Source: Haplodiscus bocki
Lineage: Eukaryota
NCBI GenBank assembly: GCA_965655095.1
Contig: OZ296649.1
Span: 68,572,001 to 68,636,000 of the forward strand
DNA length: 64,000 nucleotides
Direction: 5' to 3'
The notes under the pieces are model-generated. The model saw nothing but the letters and a program-made list of their open reading frames with translations, was not told where the DNA came from and made no database searches. The first letter of the stretch is position 1. Each line of letters starts with the position of its first letter. Of this stretch, positions 1 through 9,256 are shown piece by piece. The position numbers and the translations under genes were made by a program.

Positions 1-960
1 AAAAATTGCCTGTCATGTTCAACCCTGAAAAGAGTTTCCAAAAGACAATTAAACCCACCTTTGCAGCCTATATCATCGGAGCAACTTTTCCCTGGTGATA
101 TGATGCAAATTGATTTAGTTGGACCCTTCCAGTCGCCTATCTACAAATACGTTTTATCAGGCATAGATGTCTTTTCCAAATACTTATTTGCAATACCCTT
201 AACATCTGCGCATGCTGGAACAATAGCAAAGGCCCTAGTTTCTATATTCTTTCAACATAGTTACATCCCTAAAACTGTTTTGTCTGATTTGGGAACGAGT
301 TTTGTTGCAAAATTGTTGCATGAACTCACTAACCTCTTGGAAATTAAACTGCAACATGCTTCTTTGAAGCATCCACAAACAATAGGGGTAGTTGAAAGAT
401 CTCATTCTGCACTGAAGCGGATTCTGAAACTCAATACAGACGAAAAATGGACAACGTGGTACAAATTTGTTGACCTAGCAACATTTATACACAATACTTC
501 GTATCATTCATCTATTGGATGCACACCTAGTTCATTATTTCATGGACGAGAGCCAACTAAACCAATTGATCTGAAATTTAGAAGTCATACTTTCGCTCAA
601 AAAGAACTTACATCAGACTATTTAGTTGATTTGCAGGATTCGTTATTGGAAAAGTTTTCGCATACCAAATCTCGCTTATGAGATGCTTATCATAAATATC
701 GAACCTACTATGATAAAAAAGCAGCAGCAAAACCATTAGTACAAAAACAGTATTGCTTACTGCTAAACACTTTGTTATTGACACAAAGTGATTTTGCAGC
801 CAAATCTTGCACTATATGGCTTTCATTTTACAAAATTGAAAAAGTTTTGACAAAATCTAACTACTTGATTAGAAAAATCGGTACACCGTACACGCAATGT
901 GTCCACCGCATACGACTAAGACCGATAACGCCTAATTATGACGTAGAAGACATTAGTGTC
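1..960 (+). pseudogene. Retroviral-type DDE integrase domain
   Basis: The Zn-finger CxxC (KNCLSC) is at the window start. The catalytic triad is in QIDLVGP / SDLGTSF / VERSH, with YVLSGIDVFSKY and HNTSYHSSIGCTP. A Gypsy-like C-terminal segment follows (YKIEKVLTKSNYLIRKIGTPYTQCVHRIRLR). Confidence 0.95.
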
Positions 961-1824
961 ACACAAAAAGACTTCAAACCTGACCCTTTTTTGGGCAAAT
1001 ACCGATCTGAGCACGAAATCTTTGATGAAGCGCTTGAAACTTCACTAAACGAGGACATCATCGAGATGCCAGAAGTTCCGACGACTGAACATAACAGAAC
1101 AGACGAAGTGCAACACTCAATACGTGGTGTAGTAACGCCAGCTACGACAGAACAGCCAGCGCCTGCTGGAATTGCAGGGCCAGCCGCAATTATTGAAGAG
1201 GCAGACGCGGTGCCCCCGTTCCCACCACCACCCGTACCTGGATCAGACGAAACCGCGCAATCGGACGACGAAAATTTTCCTGAACCTAATTACCTAAACG
1301 ACCCGATCCAGGTACACGCCACAAGCTCTCAGCTCTCTCCGACGACCGACGGAACCTATCCTACAAAAACTGACGACGGGGCCGCATTGTCGACGGAAGA
1401 TCCTACGCGTCATCAACGGATGACCAGACAGTCGCACACACCTATTGCACCTCATAGCTCATTAACAAAAACTCCGCCACGGCAGAGACTTAGATTCGAT
1501 AGCTATGACCATTTTCGGGACATTCCCACGAGAAGAGCACTAACTGAAGGTGGTTACTATGACTTTCTAAATCAGCAAGAATTAGAGCTACCGCTCTCAA
1601 AAGAAGAAAAACGCACAATATTAGTAAATACAGCACAAAACACTAGATCTATTTCACAATCGGGGATTCCAGTTCCTAACATAAATAAGACGCCAGAGAA
1701 GTCTATTTTGAAAAAACGATATCCCGAACGCTCTAATTGAGGAAAACCTCCTCCATCTAACGACATCTATTCAGCCAGTTTTCAACTGAATATGTGCGCT
1801 ACTTCGATCGAAAGTGTTGACCTT

Positions 1825-2260
1825 CCTGAAAATGTTCGAATTTTACAGGGAGATTTATTCCGAGACCAAACCGCAAATTTTGGACCCTGTGTTTCATCTG
1901 ATTTGGCAATGTCAGCAGGAATTGCTACACAATTTGTGCGATTATACCCTGATCTGGAAAAATTACGCCTGAATTATCGAAATTTGAAGGCAGGATCTCT
2001 AATTGCGCACTTTTCAAGCCAAGATGGCAATTGGATTTACAATTTGGTAACAAAAAATAAACATTATGATAAACCGATTTAATATAACTTACAAAATAGT
2101 CTCTGTCGCATGAAAAGTCATATGTTAATGTATGGAATTAAAGAAATCAACTTACCACAAATCGGGTGTGGACTTGATAAGTAAGAATGGGCACGAGTTT
2201 TCAATATAATTCTGTGCTTATTTGCCAATACTGATATTCGGGTCAACATCTTCTTGCAGA
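1825..2260 (+). pseudogene. TARG1/OARD1-like macrodomain fused to pol
   Basis: GDLF..CVSSDLAMSAGIATQF..WIYNLVTKNKHYDKPI*YNLQNSLCRMKSHM..LPQIGCGLDK*EWARVFNII..TDIRVNIF is colinear with the TARG1 pattern GDLF..HCISED..MGAGIA..YYLITK..KPTYENLQKSL..MKSH..MPRIGCGLD.L.W. Confidence 0.88.
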
Positions 2261-2790
2261 AAGTTCACGTGAATTCCAACCTTGACAATACTCTTCTCGC
2301 GGACGAATATCCGAATGACGAGAAAACACGAGTGGACATATTCCACATGGCTAACGCACGAAAATTAGCTTTTGAAGGAATGCTTAACACGCCTAATCGT
2401 TAACCGAAACGACCGCGCACCCGAGCTGAGAGCAATTAATTTTGAGCGACGTACTTAGAATACACCGCCTACCGAAAATTGATGCAATTTTGACGTTGAC
2501 CGATCTTCACAAATCCGATACTTAGTGCGATAAACCGATTAGTTAGCAAATACCTTCATCAACTATTTGGCGTCTTACTGTCTGATACAAGTGACTTCAA
2601 TATTTACTTAAGATAAGAGTTCGCAGTACTAGCTGTCAATCAATTCTTATCAAAAATAGCCACTCAAAACTTATCAGAAGTCAAATTAGAGTTCAAAAAT
2701 CAAAACTAAAGCCCTCATAGGTCAACTTACTGCCTTAGCAAAGCGTACACGATCCTCAGATCACATTCCAGTACATTCAAACGACTGAAA

Positions 2791-3096
2791 ATGAATAACC
2801 TCTTTTGGGGCTATCACCACCGTACTTTAACATGCGAGATATTCCAAAACATAACGATTAGAAGAATTGAACATCGCGGACTCACTCCACCATGTCTTCG
2901 ACTTTATACACAGAGGTGGCACCAACAAATGCTGGTGTTTGATGAATTTAATGTCTTACCGCATACATTTGAATGGAGTGCATTGATTGACTCCGCCAGG
3001 CAATATGCTGATAACGAAGAGCTGCAAAATTTTGCTGACTGGCTTATCACAGTCGAGCAGCCACAAAGGCGCACATTATTCTTCATGGTCTTGTAA
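2791..3096 (+). CDS. Accessory protein A (101 aa), unknown family, paralogue of B and C
   Basis: Intact ORF sharing W6, C15, a mid-protein W, PxxxxWxxLxxxA and DW motifs with the next two ORFs. Confidence 0.75.
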   Translation: MNNLFWGYHHRTLTCEIFQNITIRRIEHRGLTPPCLRLYTQRWHQQMLVFDEFNVLPHTFEWSALIDSARQYADNEELQNFADWLITVEQPQRRTLFFMVL

Positions 3097-3139
3097 CATA
3101 ACACCTGATCTCGCTTAATGATCTGGGATCAATCATCAT

Positions 3140-3190
3140 TTATCTTATCAGCCTCTATAAAAACAGATTTTCCACTTCTATCATCAGTCT
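3140..3190 (+). promoter_or_regulatory. Core promoter of accessory gene B: GATA-type sites (TTATCTTATC), TATAAAAA (3156) and Inr TCAGT (3184)
   Basis: The TATA-to-Inr A spacing is 30 nt, and the downstream ATG at 3221 is in ACCACCATG context. Confidence 0.6.
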
Positions 3191-3220
3191 TAACTCAGTT
3201 ATTCAACGTTAGATACCACC

Positions 3221-3502
3221 ATGACTCGTTTATTTTGGAGAATTCCCATCACTGGATACACATGTGATATTCATGGCATTCCTGTGGTCTGGAGAGTGAT
3301 CCCTTCATACATCACCCCCCGAGTGGATTTTACAATCCGTTATTGGAGTCAAGGAGAACTCATATACAAAGATTTTACAATTTACCCGGAATCACCGGAA
3401 TGGAGCACACTCATGAGTGCCGCTGCTCCCTACGCTTATGACTTCAACTTGGCTGAAGATCTCTTTGATTGGATGGCCAGACAATGCCGAAGCCATCTAT
3501 GA
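3221..3502 (+). CDS. Accessory protein B (93 aa), unknown family
   Basis: Intact ORF with a strong Kozak context, its own TATA/Inr and motif-level similarity to A and C. Confidence 0.78.
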   Translation: MTRLFWRIPITGYTCDIHGIPVVWRVIPSYITPRVDFTIRYWSQGELIYKDFTIYPESPEWSTLMSAAAPYAYDFNLAEDLFDWMARQCRSHL

Positions 3503-3686
3503 ATTCAGATCATGACAACACAACTTTAATTACTCTTATAAAAGGAACTACTTTTTCTGGAATATTCATGTTTTAGTTCTTTATGTATTGGAAATTTGAA
3601 AAAAAAACACAAACAAAAAACACTTTTGATTGAGTCACGATATCTGAGTTTCCAACACCCCATTCAGGACTTGTACGTTGTTCTTT

Positions 3687-3717
3687 TATAAGAACTTAAT
3701 TTTTCTTTAGCGTCAGT
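3687..3717 (+). promoter_or_regulatory. Core promoter candidate upstream of accessory gene C: TATAAG (3687) + TCAGT (3713)
   Basis: The TATA-Inr spacing is 28 nt. A second TATATG (3792) / TCAGT (3817) pair lies just before ATG 3829. Confidence 0.45.
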
Positions 3718-3767
3718 TTTGCCTGCTGATAGTCACGCATAATTTGCACTTAAACTTTCTTTAGCAT

Positions 3768-4136
3768 ATGAGAAGCTTGATAGCCCTCGAGTATATGCTA
3801 ATTTTTTCGAGACGTTTCAGTTTTGAAAATGCACCATTTAAATTGACTTTATTCCCCGAATACTACGTTTGCGACGTTTTTGGGAGAGTTCAACTAGTCG
3901 GTATTAGCGGCGAATTTGGCTACCCCCCACTGATTTTGACATTCCGCCGATGGAATTATGGCCATTTATTGTATTGGCACGACCCTATATTCCCGAACAC
4001 CCACGCTTGGAATGAACTGATCGCATGCGCAGCCCGTAACGCGGAAACAGCCACCCAAGATTCACTTGTCGACTGGCTAATTCACCTTGACGTCTTTGCA
4101 ATCCAATCCATGGCTTGGTATAATCAGAGCGAGTGA
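3768..4136 (+). CDS. Accessory protein C, unknown family; ancestral start probably ATG 3829 with a 1-bp deletion
   Basis: YVCDVFG..PP..RRWNYGHLLY..IFPNTHAWNELIACAA..LVDWL aligns with A and B. Confidence 0.7.
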   Translation: MRSLIALEYMLIFSRRFSFENAPFKLTLFPEYYVCDVFGRVQLVGISGEFGYPPLILTFRRWNYGHLLYWHDPIFPNTHAWNELIACAARNAETATQDSLVDWLIHLDVFAIQSMAWYNQSE

Positions 4137-4261
4137 TTCTAATAACATTTTGCATAGCAACTTTGAGTTTCTCATTCATTCTACCAGTATGATTTTTCAT
4201 TTTACACTTCATCAAAATTGATCTTCATTTTTCTTTTTTCTCACATAGCACGAGACGAGAC

Positions 4262-4930
4262 GTTCCGAAAAAAAAACAAAAAAAACAAAACAAAAAAAAA
4301 CAAAAAAAAACCGACGATAGCATCCCGCGACTTAATCGCTTTGTTTGCACTGGTCTCTATTTTTGCACTTTGCGCCATTTGGCTCACTATCTTCGTATCA
4401 AAATTTGGGCCTTGCCATAATATTACATACTCTCCGTTTTTCTTTTTTCAAGTTTTTTTGTTTTTTTTTCCAACTTTTTGAACGAAAATCAAAAATCCCC
4501 CACGATACGATTAAACCCATGACTTTTCTCTTCCTAATGCAGCTCCTTGCAGTTGCTGGTTTCTAACCTTGAGTAAACGCTCCCACTTCGGAAGTGGTAG
4601 TCTAGCAGTTAAATTTTTTGTCATGCTGACTTTCTCGCTTATTGCAAGTATAAACAAAAAAAAAAACAACACCGACGATAGCATCGTGGCACCATTGATA
4701 CTAGTGCATAAAGTAGGTGACTACACTCCCCACACCAACAAGGCTCTCAACTATCAGTAGTTGTCGTGAGGATAGAAATCCATTCAGTGTTCTGGAGAAG
4801 AGCATGACTCATATTGAAACTCCAGTGCACTTCTTCGCTGGTCATGACGTCCCCAGGTGGCCGGCTCATCGATAGCTAGCGATGGTCCATCGCTAAGCAT
4901 AAAAAAAAGAAAAAAAATTCAGAAAAAAAA
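4262..4930. repeat. Non-coding block with A/T tracts, a duplicated 15-mer ACCGACGATAGCATC and palindromes
   Basis: The exact 15-mer occurs at 4310-4324 and 4671-4685, each directly after an A-tract. Palindromes are at 4583-4597 and 4877-4895. Confidence 0.6.
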
Positions 4931-5224
4931 TTGTACATTTGAATACTAACCTAAACGTAGTGTCATGTAGTTGCTTGCTGTGCATATCTATATATATTTC
5001 CTTATCCCTTCTCAAGCCATTTCTTGAGAATTCAGCACACGCATTGGATATTGTGCAATTACCAACCAGTCATTGATGATATCAATAACGTGAACAGACC
5101 AGGTAACCGTTAAGGGGTCAGTTTGATGTGTTATGATTGATTTTCACCTTAAAGACGATTCAAGTCCTTATCCAATTCTTCCTTCCATTTAGCAAGGAGT
5201 TCTGGTATAACATTGCAGAGAGGT

Positions 5225-6373
5225 TTACTTGGACACAACCCCGGACTTGAAAAATTTCTCACGATAATTGCTTACCTTTTCTTTTCTTCGCTTTTTCTCG
5301 TACTTGTTCTTCACACGACCCAAAAATAGCATGCGTTTTTTTCGCTTGGACAACTTGATCACTTTATCATAAGGTTTTTGTTTGGGCTTTTGATCAAACT
5401 GCAGGCATTCTAAGTGCTCATGTAAGGATGTCTCCGACCTTTTAATTGCTCTTAGCTTAAGCAGGGCCTGAGGATCAGAATAATTTTGTAGCAATACAGT
5501 TCTCCGCTCACGCCCCAACCCTGTTGAATAATACTGAAGCACCTGAGACCGACGATATATATCCGCATCCATTTTTCCTTCAAATCCGACGACCAAAGCA
5601 GGTCCTTCATTTACAGTAATGACAGCGTGAGCACAAAGGGCTGGTTGAATCATTAACGAATAAGGGTCCGAAATGTGAAACTTCAAGGTCTGTTTCCAGA
5701 GAGCAGAAGGGGGCTTTGATAGCAACTCCACAACAGCCTTTGCAGAGGTTAACAGAGATTCCACGCGACGTGAAGCCTTGCCACGTTTTGCAATTACCAT
5801 CAATTTTTTCCCAACAGGCACATGGGTGATACTATCGTCACCACCGGTTTCAACGTGTCCTGCCGTGAACCATTTTCCAATCGAACAAATTCCATCTATT
5901 TTTGTTAGTTCAAGCGTGTTTGGAAATGAATATCTGCATAAACCGTCTGCATTGAACGACCAAGCATTGGAGGTTTTCAAATACTCTGAGTCCAAACTGG
6001 ATATAGGTCCATAAATTCTATTGCTCCCGTTTAATTTCCACTTTTGTTGCACATTTAAAACCAACCGTAACCCAGTTTTCATAGATGCAATATCTTTGAC
6101 AAACTCATTATTGATAACAAAGAGCTGCTGATTTCTGACTACTACGGGTTCACTCGTCCAGTCACCACAAACGCTAGCTGCTAATCCATTTTTTTTCATT
6201 TGTTCAGTTATTTCAGTCCACGAAGTGCAGCCACTGCCATTTATTGACGGCACTGGTACCCATCCAAGTTTAATTAGCTTCTCTTCGTTTATAATCTCGT
6301 TGATGTTGCAATTTTTCAATCCAGACGGTCGGGTCTCCATTACGCTCACAGACTCATCTGCAACAGAGTACAT
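5225..6373 (-). CDS. JmjC-domain Fe(II)/2-oxoglutarate dioxygenase, KDM2/KDM7-like, antisense cargo of the retroelement
   Basis: TAGHVETGGDDSITHVPVGKKLMVI aligns without gaps to the KDM2A motif [25 protein letters not shown] (T170, H173, E175, K190). YSLMIQPALCAHAVITV resembles YTFVIPSGWIHAVYTP (H249). The Lys/Arg-rich C-terminus is NLS-like. The ORF is intact and intronless (382 aa). Confidence 0.8.
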   Translation of the reverse strand: MYSVADESVSVMETRPSGLKNCNINEIINEEKLIKLGWVPVPSINGSGCTSWTEITEQMKKNGLAASVCGDWTSEPVVVRNQQLFVINNEFVKDIASMKTGLRLVLNVQQKWKLNGSNRIYGPISSLDSEYLKTSNAWSFNADGLCRYSFPNTLELTKIDGICSIGKWFTAGHVETGGDDSITHVPVGKKLMVIAKRGKASRRVESLLTSAKAVVELLSKPPSALWKQTLKFHISDPYSLMIQPALCAHAVITVNEGPALVVGFEGKMDADIYRRSQVLQYYSTGLGRERRTVLLQNYSDPQALLKLRAIKRSETSLHEHLECLQFDQKPKQKPYDKVIKLSKRKKRMLFLGRVKNKYEKKRRKEKVSNYREKFFKSGVVSK

Positions 6374-6916
6374 TTGTTATTTTGCCAAAGTAATTTTTCC
6401 ACCTAATACGGCATAGTAGGGCCTACTGAGTTTACGTGTCAGGAACTAACTATTATTCGAATTTTGAATTAATATCACATTCTCAAAACTAGCTATGCCC
6501 AACTGTTACACCTACATCTAAGCTACTGTCCGACTACTAATTTTAACGACTGTTTGTAGACTACTTCTATCGTAATTGTTTCATTATGATGAGCAGCAGA
6601 ATAATGAGGGTTAATACGCAGAGCATTACCCACGATGCATCTGTCCCCTCAGCAGACAGCACTTCTGGGGACCCACAAGCGGACAAAACTCGGGGCACAC
6701 AGTGCTCCCCCACGCAGGTTCTGTCCTCACAACACAACAAGACATGCTCTCCGACCTTCTTTGAGAAGCACATTTTTTTTCTCGTATCTGAAAATCTCGG
6801 AATACCTTTTACACACATAAGCAAAATCCAGCAAAAACCAACAAACATAGAAACAAAAAAAAACAACATATTTCCCAGCTGTCGTTTTGTTTCTCTTCCC
6901 TGACTCGCAGTGACAT

Positions 6917-9256
6917 ATGTTTTTTTGAGTGACGTTTTTTTTTTCAGTGGTTACTGTCCTACTGGCTACAACTGCCGCACTGCCTGAATGGAATTCTGAC
7001 ATTATTGCTGATCAGGACTCTGGCGCAATCCTTGCAAATGGAATTATTTTCAATCATGTTACAAAGATTCTGTTAGCTGAAAAGTTTATCAACGTTGATT
7101 TTTTGGTCCCTTTCCCAAAGTTTGAAATGAACGTGAGTGCTGAATTGGGCGCCTACATTAACAAACTTGCACCCCTATGGGACGCGTCTAGCTGGCAATG
7201 TCATCTTGATTACTCTACAAACTTTCAAAAAAATGATTCTACATTCGATATCGATTGGTTACTGCATCAAGTTGAGAACGAAGTTACACTTGCACAGAAA
7301 GAGCTAGAAGCTCTTCGCATATATACTTCCTCATTCTTGAACACCGACGACGCCGCCGCTCAAGCTCGAAAACGGAGGCCGAGGGCAGCGCCAATTGCAA
7401 TGATGGCACTAGCATCAGTCGGACTCTTCGGATCCGGAATAGCTTTAGGCACCGGTAGCTGTGGATTAAGAGGTATTTTTGGATCATGTCATGACCGAGC
7501 AAAACAAAATGCAAAGAATATTGAGAAACTTGCTGAATTTACGGAAAGCCTAACGCAGGATGTTTTCAAATTACGAAATGAAGTGAATGACAAATTGTTC
7601 ATGGTTACCACGGAATTAGAAGCACTTAAATCCGTCCAAAAGGAAATGCTTGAACTCCAAAATCGTAATTGGAGAATTATCGAAAAGGACTTCGAAGTAT
7701 TTCAACATAATATTCATGTACTACGAGATTGTGACCAACTTTTATTCTCAAGACAGCAGATTAATTTCAATTATGATACAATCTCATCGCTGCTTGCATT
7801 GACTTTCGCAAACATCAAAAGTTATCGAGGCGCTCTTTACACTTACAAAATTAACATGATGAATTCGATACAGCCACTACTGAATAACTATTTACCGATG
7901 TCACTTGTTCCTAGACAAGCACTTCTAGCTATCTTAGATGATGTTGCATCGGAACAATGGAGAAAATCGGACCGACTCTCATTAGCTATACCAATGGATG
8001 AAATCATTGCTTGTTACGAATCGCAATTACTTAGAGATGTTTTAGTGGTTGATCAAGGACTCATAATGCGCATTGCAATTCCACTAGCAACGAAAGATTC
8101 AGCGTTCACGGTATTCCGCGCAATTGCAGTACCTATGCCTCAACCGGAACCAGATTTGGCAATCAAATGGAAATTAGAAGCGCCTTACCTAGCTATTTCA
8201 GAAAATAATAAAGAAACCGCATTTTTGACTGAATATGATCTTGGTAGATGCATTGGATTGTCACGCTATCAGATATGCCTAGATATGATTGCTACAGAAA
8301 CAGGTCATGATTCCTGTTTGGCAACGCTGTACTTCAAAGACAGCGTGGCAGCATTACAAGTTTGTGAAACCGAGCAGATAGTATTGCCGGCAACAGAAAA
8401 AGCAGAAAACTTAGGTTATGGAGTTTGGCTTATAACGTCTGCTACTACTGCTTATACTTTATTTGAATCAGACACAGAGTCAACTACATCATCCGGCATT
8501 GTTAAATATCCGGGATGTCGCATTTGTATTATAACATTGAAATGTGGTAAACAATTGTCAGGAGCCCATATAAAGATTCGGTCAGACCTCAGCACTTGTG
8601 AAGAACTGCCAGCGATTAAAGTAAATGTTAAACTTCCAGACCCACTGCTGGAATTGTAGAGTGAACTTCCTGAAATTGATGACATGCCTTATTTTTCGAC
8701 GAAAGCAGAAGCAGGAATAGCAATGTTAAAAGAAGTGCGAGAAACACTACTTGATAGCCCTAAAATGCGCGACCCGAAAAAACTTTTGGAAATAGCACGC
8801 CCCATTACGACGAAAATGACGCAATTGCGTCCATCGCTCTCAAGGGAATTTGATTCCCATCTCTCTATCAGACATTCTCTCGTGATGAGCTTGATATCAT
8901 TTGCTGGATCAATGTTTCTTCATGTAATTGTTGTCTGGATTTATCATAGATATAAACACCGCAACAATGCGACGCCACTTTGGTGCGGATTATTCTGTCC
9001 GAAAAAATCTCGAACAGCTGTTGACCCCGAACAGTCAAACGAAACTCAACTATCAGTTATAGATACTGCGCCCCGTGAATATTCTCAATTGGCTCGGACT
9101 ATATCTCTCTCCCAGCAAACTCTCAATAAAATCGCAACTGATGCAGCGACTGAAACACTTAAACGCACGATGTCGCACGCGTCTGCTCCTCAGCAAGCAA
9201 ATACGCATTACACCTATAGGGCAGCTGATGTGCCTGAACACTACGTCACACGGTGA
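6917..9256 (+). pseudogene. env: Envelope / class I fusion glycoprotein with two in-frame stops
   Basis: ATG 6917 is in frame with track ORFs 6929-8659 and 8684-9256 (stops TGA 6926, TAG 8657). Visible parts: signal peptide (FFSVVTVLLATTAA), multibasic furin site RKRRPR, fusion peptide AAPIAMMALASVGLFGSGIALG, heptad repeat, Cys-rich ectodomain, TM segment SLVMSLISFAGSMFLHVIVVWIY and cytoplasmic tail. Confidence 0.88.

Larger units (their letters stand above)
1..2403 (+). pseudogene. pol: pol C-terminus: integrase + Pro/Thr/acidic linker + TARG1-like macrodomain, one reading frame with 4 premature stops
   Basis: Track ORFs 61-681, 772-1740 and 1792-2082 are all in frame +1. They are joined across stops at 679 (TGA), 1738 (TGA), 2080 (TAA) and 2182 (TAA); the final TAA is at 2401-2403. 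Coding sense continues across the stops (e.g. SRL*DAYHKYRTYYDKKA). Confidence 0.88.

Noticed and set aside
679-2184. Programmed stop-codon readthrough in pol
   Set aside because: The stops are of mixed type, and two fall inside the conserved macrodomain at positions of expected Tyr/Leu. Mutational decay is the simpler explanation.
4218-4760. ORFs 4218-4481, 4345-4566 and 4569-4760 as genes
   Set aside because: They have non-ATG starts, their poly-Lys/poly-Phe content comes from homopolymer tracts, and they do not resemble the A/B/C family.
4560-4900. tRNA, spliced-leader RNA (Sm-like AATTTTTTG near 4612) or HDV/hammerhead ribozyme (GGCCGGC near 4859)
   Set aside because: No cloverleaf or B box, no recognisable leader, and no ribozyme core could be built by eye. 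The region is kept only as a generic structured block.
6567-7002. Overlapping short ORFs (6586-6903 +, 6567-6869 -, 6727-7002 -) upstream of env
   Set aside because: Low-complexity translations with no motif, overlapping on both strands. A small real ORF cannot be excluded but is unsupported.
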